Assembly (NCBI GenBank): GCA_003345595.1
Contig: PRDI01000063.1
Coordinates: forward strand, 1 to 22,559
From: Candidatus Thorarchaeota archaeon
GTDB taxonomy: Archaea; Asgardarchaeota; Thorarchaeia; Thorarchaeales; Thorarchaeaceae
DNA: 22,559 nt
Direction: 5' to 3'
The position numbers and the translations under genes are program-made. Below are positions 16,810 to 22,559 of this stretch, piece after piece. Position 1 is the stretch's first letter; each line of letters opens with the position of its first letter. The notes under the pieces are model-generated. The model ran no database searches. It had not been told where the DNA came from and saw nothing but the letters and a program-made list of their open reading frames with translations.

Positions 16810-18324
16810 TCATGGTCTCATTGCTTCAGGAATCTTCGCGATGCAGTCGGTAGCGGCAATGTGATTTCCGAGCTCTCTGAAGGCACACTCACCCGCGAGT
16901 CCAGAAACGAACGCGGCTGCGCAGGCTGCCTTGAATGCACCATATCCATGTGATAGCATCGTGGCCGCAATCCCTGTCAGGACATCGCCTGTCCCACCTA
17001 CTGTCATAGCAGGAACCCCGGTGTAGTTGAGCTTGTGGCGTCCGCTGGGATGCGTTATGACATCTACGGCTCCTTTGAGGAGAACGACAGCGTTGAACTT
17101 CGCTGACGCCTGAACTGCTCTCTGGATTCTGTTGTCTGAATTTTCAGAATCACCCAACTCCTTTCCCATCAGGATCTTGAGCTCGCCCCAATGTGGTGTC
17201 ACCACGCACCTTTCCGCGTCAAGTTTCAAGTCGGAGGTGCCTAGTGCCTTAAGGCCATCAGCATCCACTACGAGAAGCTTTCGATCAGAAACCAACATGT
17301 CCACTATTGAGCTAGCGGCACTCAGAGTTTCCTTGTTCTGGCCCAGTCCTGGCCCGATAGCGACCACGTCACAGTTTTGCGCAGCTTCCCGGACCAAGCC
17401 AATGCATTCAGACACAAGCACGCGGGTACCTAGACTCCGCACCATCAAGTTCGGGCTGTAGCTACGTATCACTTGAAAAACCGGTTCGGGAGCGAGTACT
17501 GAAACCAAGTCTGCGCCAGTCCTGAGCGCAGCCATTGCAGTGAGAGCCGGCGCACCTGAGAAGACATCGCTGCCACCTATCACAAGTATTCTGCCGAAGT
17601 CACCCTTGTGAGCCGTCGGCTTTCTCGGTTGAGTGTGTAACCATAGGTCACCTGCACCGCACACCGAGTCTGCGTCTTTGAGAATGCCGATGTCTGCCAC
17701 CCTCAAATCGCCAACGTATTCGGCCGCAATCAGAAGCCCTGGTTTGGGGGCGTGCAGAGTGATTGTGACGTCGGCCTTGACAGCATCGCCACGAATGTCG
17801 CCGCTGTCTGAATCGATGCCAGTGGGAACGTCAATCGAGTACTTCCTAGCCTTGGAGTTGTTGAACACCTTCACGGCAGTTGCCATCGGCTCGCGTAACG
17901 GGCTTCTCAGTCCAACACCGAGCATGGCGTCAATCAGGACGTCAGCACGTCCTATGGCCCTGCAGGACTTCACATCAGACTCAGATCTCAGCGATGATAC
18001 ATTTATTCCTCTGATGTTCTTCAGTATTCTCCAGTTCACCAAGGTGTCGGGACTCGAGATGCTTTCCTCGGTGCCCACCAAGAATACTTCGACGTTGGCG
18101 CCGTTTCCATAAAGGTACCTCGCGGCTACCATACCATCTCCACCGTTTCCACCCGTGCCGCAGACCAGCACAACATGCTTGCTTTTGACATGCTCCTTTG
18201 CCTCGACTACTGCCGCGACTTCCCTGCCAGCACTCTGCATCAGCATGCCCAATGTGACACCGAGATAATCCGCGTTCAGCTCAAGGATACGCATGTCTTC
18301 TGTGGAGATTGGATTCTGCCGCAT
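16810..18324 (-). CDS. nnr: Bifunctional NAD(P)H-hydrate epimerase/dehydratase
   Basis: YjeF_N: LMQSAG, CGTGGNGGDG, DVPTG. Kinase-like domain: HKGDFGRILVIGGS, GPGLG, VVDADGL, TPHWGE, GGTGDVLTG. Confidence 0.96.
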   Translation of the reverse strand: MRQNPISTEDMRILELNADYLGVTLGMLMQSAGREVAAVVEAKEHVKSKHVVLVCGTGGNGGDGMVAARYLYGNGANVEVFLVGTEESISSPDTLVNWRILKNIRGINVSSLRSESDVKSCRAIGRADVLIDAMLGVGLRSPLREPMATAVKVFNNSKARKYSIDVPTGIDSDSGDIRGDAVKADVTITLHAPKPGLLIAAEYVGDLRVADIGILKDADSVCGAGDLWLHTQPRKPTAHKGDFGRILVIGGSDVFSGAPALTAMAALRTGADLVSVLAPEPVFQVIRSYSPNLMVRSLGTRVLVSECIGLVREAAQNCDVVAIGPGLGQNKETLSAASSIVDMLVSDRKLLVVDADGLKALGTSDLKLDAERCVVTPHWGELKILMGKELGDSENSDNRIQRAVQASAKFNAVVLLKGAVDVITHPSGRHKLNYTGVPAMTVGGTGDVLTGIAATMLSHGYGAFKAACAAAFVSGLAGECAFRELGNHIAATDCIAKIPEAMRP

Positions 18325-18485
18325 TGCACATCACACAGCATGCCACTCCACACTCCCAACGGACTAAAGAACTCTTTCAAGCAGTTCATTTCGAGAGAGA
18401 AGGCGATCATGGGCATGCGTGAAGGTCAGAACATTGTTGCCCGCGTCGCTCGCAGGACGAGTCAACCTTGGTGATCTAACGGGAT

Positions 18486-19901
18486 TCAGGCTGCCTTTGC
18501 ACTTAGGTACTCATGAATCCCACGAGCCGCACGTTTGCCCGCGCCCATCGCGCTAATCACAGTTGCAGAACCGGTGACGATGTCGCCCCCTGCGAAGACT
18601 CCTGGGATGGAGGTAATGCCTGTCTGCTCGTCTGCGACAATGTAGCCCCACTTGGTCAGTTCCAGACCGGGGGTTGATGTAGGCACTATGGGGTTCGAGG
18701 CCGTTCCGATGGCCATGACTACCATATCGACATCCATCACGAATCTTGAGTCGGGGACTGGCACGGGTCGTTTCCTGCCTGACTCATCTGGCTCTCCCAG
18801 CTCCATCCTAATGCACGCCATCCCAACTGCTTTGCCCTTGTCATCTCCGAGTACCTCCACCGGGTTTACAAGGTAGTCGAATCTGATACCCTCTTCCTCG
18901 GCATGTACCAGCTCTTCATGCCGGGCAGGCATCTCATCTTTGGACCTGCGATACACAATATGGACTTCGGAGGCACCGAGCCGGAGAGCAGTCCGTGCTG
19001 CGTCCATGGCTACGTTGCCGCCCCCTACGACTGCGACTCTGTCACCAATCCTGACAGGAGTGTCATACTCCGGGAACTTGTATGCTTTCATAAGATTGAC
19101 TCGAGTCAGGAATTCATTCGCAGAGAACACAGTGACTAGGTTCTCACCGGGGATCTTCATGAAGACGGGAGCACCGGCACCTGTTCCGATGAACACCGCA
19201 TCATATCTGTCCTCTTTCATGAGCTGATGTATGGTCCTCGTCTTACCTATGACGTAGTCATAGCTGATTGTCACACCCATCTTGCGGAGGAATTCGACTT
19301 CGGCCTCTACGATCGCCTTGGGCAGCCTGAACTCGGGAATCCCGTACATCAGAACACCACCGGGCTTGTGAAAGGCCTCAAGTATCGTGACATCATAGCC
19401 CATCTTCACGAGGTCGCCTGCACAGGTGAGCCCTGCAGGCCCTGAACCCACAATAGCGACTCTCTTTCCATTCTTCGGTGTGACGGGTGGTAGGGGCTCT
19501 TCATGTTCTCTCGCATAGTCAGCGACGAAGCGCTCCAGTCTGCCGATGGCGATGGGCTCATTTCGCGTCCCGTATATGCATGTGTGCTCACACTGCGTTT
19601 CCTGAGGGCACACTCGTCCGCATATCGCCGGAAGGCTGTTGGTTTCCTTGATCTTCGCAGCTGCGGCCATGTAGTCACGTTCACGGATCAATTCAATGAA
19701 CTCTCTGATGGGCACCTCGACAGGACAACCAGACACACACTTGGGGTTTCGGCACTGCATGCACTTCTCGGCCTCAGCAAGAGCCTCCTTCTCAGAGTAT
19801 CCAAGTGCGACCTCATTGAAGTTCTTGCGTCTCTTGACAGGTTCCTGTTCACGCATGGGCACCTTCTTTGTAGGAGGCTTTCTCTGCTTCTTCTCGCTCA
19901 C
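18486..19901 (-). CDS. nfnB: NfnB/SudA large subunit (GltD-like) of electron-bifurcating NADH-dependent ferredoxin:NADP+ oxidoreductase
   Basis: CMQC..PKCVSGCP, CGRVCPQETQCE, GSGPAG, YGIPEFRLPK, GGGNVAMD, FAGGDIVTG. GTG start overlaps the nfnA stop (TAGTG). Often auto-annotated as glutamate synthase small subunit. Confidence 0.93.
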   Translation of the reverse strand: MSEKKQRKPPTKKVPMREQEPVKRRKNFNEVALGYSEKEALAEAEKCMQCRNPKCVSGCPVEVPIREFIELIRERDYMAAAAKIKETNSLPAICGRVCPQETQCEHTCIYGTRNEPIAIGRLERFVADYAREHEEPLPPVTPKNGKRVAIVGSGPAGLTCAGDLVKMGYDVTILEAFHKPGGVLMYGIPEFRLPKAIVEAEVEFLRKMGVTISYDYVIGKTRTIHQLMKEDRYDAVFIGTGAGAPVFMKIPGENLVTVFSANEFLTRVNLMKAYKFPEYDTPVRIGDRVAVVGGGNVAMDAARTALRLGASEVHIVYRRSKDEMPARHEELVHAEEEGIRFDYLVNPVEVLGDDKGKAVGMACIRMELGEPDESGRKRPVPVPDSRFVMDVDMVVMAIGTASNPIVPTSTPGLELTKWGYIVADEQTGITSIPGVFAGGDIVTGSATVISAMGAGKRAARGIHEYLSAKAA

Positions 19902-20743
19902 TATTTAGAGCCCCCGTGTTCCTTGGACCATCTCGTGTCCGATATCACCTCTTGGTCCCGATACGCATTCAGCCTTCCCATCAACTCGTTGTAGTCAACT
20001 TGATGGCCATCAAAATCCGGACCATCGACACAGGTGAACCTCATCTGACCACCCACTGTCACGCGGCATGCACCACACATGCCGGTCGCGTCGACCATGA
20101 GACTGTTCAGGCTGACAACAGTGGGTATCTTCTTGGGTTCCGTTGTCTTGCTCACGAACTTCATCATTGGCACGGGTCCGACGGCAAAGACCAGGTCAAT
20201 CTTCTTCCCCTTCTGAATCAGATCACCCAGTACTGTTGTGACAAAGCCATGCACGCCACAGGTGCCATCGTCGGTTGTCTCATACATCTCATCACTGATC
20301 GCCTCCATCTCCTTTCTGAAGATGAGTAGATCAGCAGTCCGAGCTCCATTTATCGTGATGAGATAGTTGCCGGCCTCCTTGAATGCCTTGGCCACGGGGT
20401 AGCAGATTGCAGTGCCGCAACCTCCGCCAATAACAACGACTGTGCCATACTTCTTCTCAGCTTCCGTTGGCTTGCCGAGCGGGCCCACAACGTCTTGGAC
20501 ACTCTGGCCTACTTCGAGGCTACCGAGTAGCTTCGTGGACTTGCCCACCTCTTGAAACACAATCGTGATTTCGCCTTTCTTGCGGTCGCAGTCAGCTATC
20601 GTGAGAGGTATCCGCTCCCCGGTTTCGTTTGCTCGTACCATCACAAACTGACCGGGCCTGCATACTCGTGTCACATCAGGGGCCGTCAACACGAGCATCT
20701 TCGTAGAGGGGTTGAGCACCCGCTTGGCTTTGATTTCATACAT
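19901..20743 (-). CDS. nfnA: NfnA/SudB small subunit (FAD/NAD-binding, 2Fe-2S)
   Basis: PGQFVMVR, ERIPLTIAD, GPLG, GPVPMM, MVDATGMCGACRV, CVDGPDF. Start moved to ATG 20743 (GAGGGG upstream). Confidence 0.94.
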   Translation of the reverse strand: MYEIKAKRVLNPSTKMLVLTAPDVTRVCRPGQFVMVRANETGERIPLTIADCDRKKGEITIVFQEVGKSTKLLGSLEVGQSVQDVVGPLGKPTEAEKKYGTVVVIGGGCGTAICYPVAKAFKEAGNYLITINGARTADLLIFRKEMEAISDEMYETTDDGTCGVHGFVTTVLGDLIQKGKKIDLVFAVGPVPMMKFVSKTTEPKKIPTVVSLNSLMVDATGMCGACRVTVGGQMRFTCVDGPDFDGHQVDYNELMGRLNAYRDQEVISDTRWSKEHGGSK

Positions 20744-20845
20744 CTGGCATAGCCCCTCGAAGCGCGAGCACCGTTTGGGCCTTCGACGCCGCGCAGCGCA
20801 CAGGGGCATGAGATAAGGATTTGGGTGCACAGCCTTCCTTGACGT

Positions 20846-22555
20846 TCACGGTGCTGTCAGAGGGCTGTGTTGTCCACCGACATAGACCCGTCTTGCTTCC
20901 CGAATCACAAGTCCGGGCAGATCCTTCGCAGAAGCAACTGGAATGACTACAGCTCCGGCTCTACACAGACTCTGGCCTGCCTCATCCATAGCTCTCTCCC
21001 TCGATCCGATGCGGAACATGAAGAACTTGTGCCCAAGACGGATCATCTCTCTGACAGAACCAAGAAGATTCTCCCAGTTGTGGATTTCGGCGTCAGTGAC
21101 CATAAGCACCATGACATCGGCCTGAGCCCGTCGACAGCTCTCAACAATGGCTTTCACAGGTGCGACTGTCCCGCCGCCCTGGTACTGGAGCAAGACGCTC
21201 TCTGCTGCACTCCTGTCGTTGGTCCAATCACACTGATGAATACCATCCGAGAAGTTGATTGCCGCAACTCGTCTGCCGTATTTGAGCGCTAGGTCGAGGG
21301 CTGCGAACGCGGAAACAAGTGCAGTATGATAGGGACCGGAAACCCTCTTTGATGTCATGGAGTATGTCATTGAGCCGCTTGAGTCAATGACAATAAGAAG
21401 GTCAGGAGGAGAGTACATAGTTTCCGCACCATGCAGGAAGGTTGTGACCCATTTCCTCGTGGACATGTTTGGAACAATCACCGGGAAGGCCTGTAGGGAC
21501 TGCACAAGATCTAGCTCCTCGATTGGGTCGCCAAGCCGCCAGACCTGAGATGCGAGCGGCGTCGCACCAGAAACAGTTCGCTCGCGAATCTCTGAGCGAA
21601 GCAGGCCCTTTGCCCTGGCCCTATACCAGAACTGCACCCACTTGTAGGGATCATATCCTACCCCAGCGACAAGGTACACTCCCTGTAGGTCTGACAGGCC
21701 GCCCCCTCTCCAATCTACCTCGATTGCTAGTCGTCCCATTTCCTCCTCAACGTCTTGTTCAGACGCCGACTCTATGCAATGCTTTGCTCGATCCCCATTT
21801 CTAATCTCTACCGGGCTCCCCATGATCGCATCCACATCAAGCGGAACAAGGATTGGACTTCCAAGAAGCTGACCATTCTTCGACGACGAGCCTGGCTCAT
21901 CACAGCCAAGAAGCTGACCCTTCTCCTCAGGCTGCCATTCAGCCAGAACTCTGGCAATCTCTTTCGCCGCCTTCGGCCATCGACTCTCATCATCAAGACA
22001 CTCATGCGTGACAGCTACAATTGCCTGAGCAGAAGTCAGTGTTGGCTCATCTACCTTGACCATTGGAGGAATAGGAAACCCCCACATCTGACGATAGCAG
22101 GCCACAATCAGGCTCCAAAGGCGACTATGTTCCAACGTCCTGATCGAAGAGTCGTGCAAAGAGGTCATGATTCTGTCATGAGTCAGCGACGGCACTCTCT
22201 TCAGCAGACTGGAGTCGACAACCAGATCTGCGAAGAGATTGCAGACAAACATGGCAGTCGGATCATTCACGTGCGACCTAGCGGCAGCAAACATCATGCC
22301 GTGGGTCACGCCGTCAAATGGACACACCAGATAGTGCTGAATCTCATGCTGACAGATAGACAGAAGAAAGGGGGCCGCACCATTCATATCGAGATGGAGT
22401 GGGACTCCTGCCGTGTTCAGGTGCACGGTCCAGCTTATGGGATCTATGTAAAAGTAGCTAGTTTTGTCATCCTCGTACTCGACTTTCGGTTCAGGTAGAG
22501 GCGGGTGGTAGAAGTCGCCAAGAGCCTGAAGCCATGCTCTCTCCGCTACCTCCAT
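20846..22555 (-). CDS. VWA-domain protein with an N-terminal HExxH metallopeptidase-like domain (possibly 5'-partial)
   Basis: ICQHEIQHYLVCP, NLFADLVVD; MIDAS LLIVIDSSGSM, GGGT, MVTDAE. The frame is still open at the window edge, so the true start may lie outside. Confidence 0.85.
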   Translation of the reverse strand: MEVAERAWLQALGDFYHPPLPEPKVEYEDDKTSYFYIDPISWTVHLNTAGVPLHLDMNGAAPFLLSICQHEIQHYLVCPFDGVTHGMMFAAARSHVNDPTAMFVCNLFADLVVDSSLLKRVPSLTHDRIMTSLHDSSIRTLEHSRLWSLIVACYRQMWGFPIPPMVKVDEPTLTSAQAIVAVTHECLDDESRWPKAAKEIARVLAEWQPEEKGQLLGCDEPGSSSKNGQLLGSPILVPLDVDAIMGSPVEIRNGDRAKHCIESASEQDVEEEMGRLAIEVDWRGGGLSDLQGVYLVAGVGYDPYKWVQFWYRARAKGLLRSEIRERTVSGATPLASQVWRLGDPIEELDLVQSLQAFPVIVPNMSTRKWVTTFLHGAETMYSPPDLLIVIDSSGSMTYSMTSKRVSGPYHTALVSAFAALDLALKYGRRVAAINFSDGIHQCDWTNDRSAAESVLLQYQGGGTVAPVKAIVESCRRAQADVMVLMVTDAEIHNWENLLGSVREMIRLGHKFFMFRIGSRERAMDEAGQSLCRAGAVVIPVASAKDLPGLVIREARRVYVGGQHSPLTAP

Positions 22556-22559
22556 CAGA

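Noticed and set aside
18486-19901. Glutamate synthase call for the GltD-like ORF
   Set aside because: No large subunit in the window, and translational coupling to an NfnA/SudB gene indicates NfnAB.

Overview
Gene-dense archaeal chromosomal segment of about 19 CDSs. It carries a group II chaperonin, the archaeal HMG-CoA synthase/thiolase/DUF35 trio and a DUF359 dephospho-CoA kinase. The gene content suggests an Asgard (Thorarchaeia-like) or related lineage, which is inference only. Left to right: a 3'-truncated minus-strand gene absent from the ORF track (signal peptide, extracellular domain, TM helix, start of a MOP/Wzx-type flippase); orphan beta-class DNA amino-methyltransferase; double Zn-ribbon protein; thermosome subunit; COG4028-type P-loop protein; thioredoxin reductase; secreted membrane-anchored prenyltransferase-repeat protein; 534-aa hypothetical resembling a catalytically dead HerA/VirB4-type ATPase with a C-terminal amphipathic helix; AbrB+ACT-like regulator; AsnB-like ligase lacking the catalytic Cys; ubiquitin-like ThiS/MoaD (SAMP); HMG-CoA synthase, thiolase and DUF35; metallophosphoesterase; PPAT-DUF359 fusion; Nnr; NfnAB (SudAB); HExxH+VWA protein. 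I saw no rRNA, tRNA, CRISPR array or mobile element. The best candidates for something undescribed are the pseudo-ATPase and its neighbours, the ectodomain-flippase fusion, the Cys-less AsnB beside a Ubl, the structured thermosome 5' leader, and an 8-bp tandem duplication over the methyltransferase start codon. All family calls come from motif recognition by eye; no database search was run.
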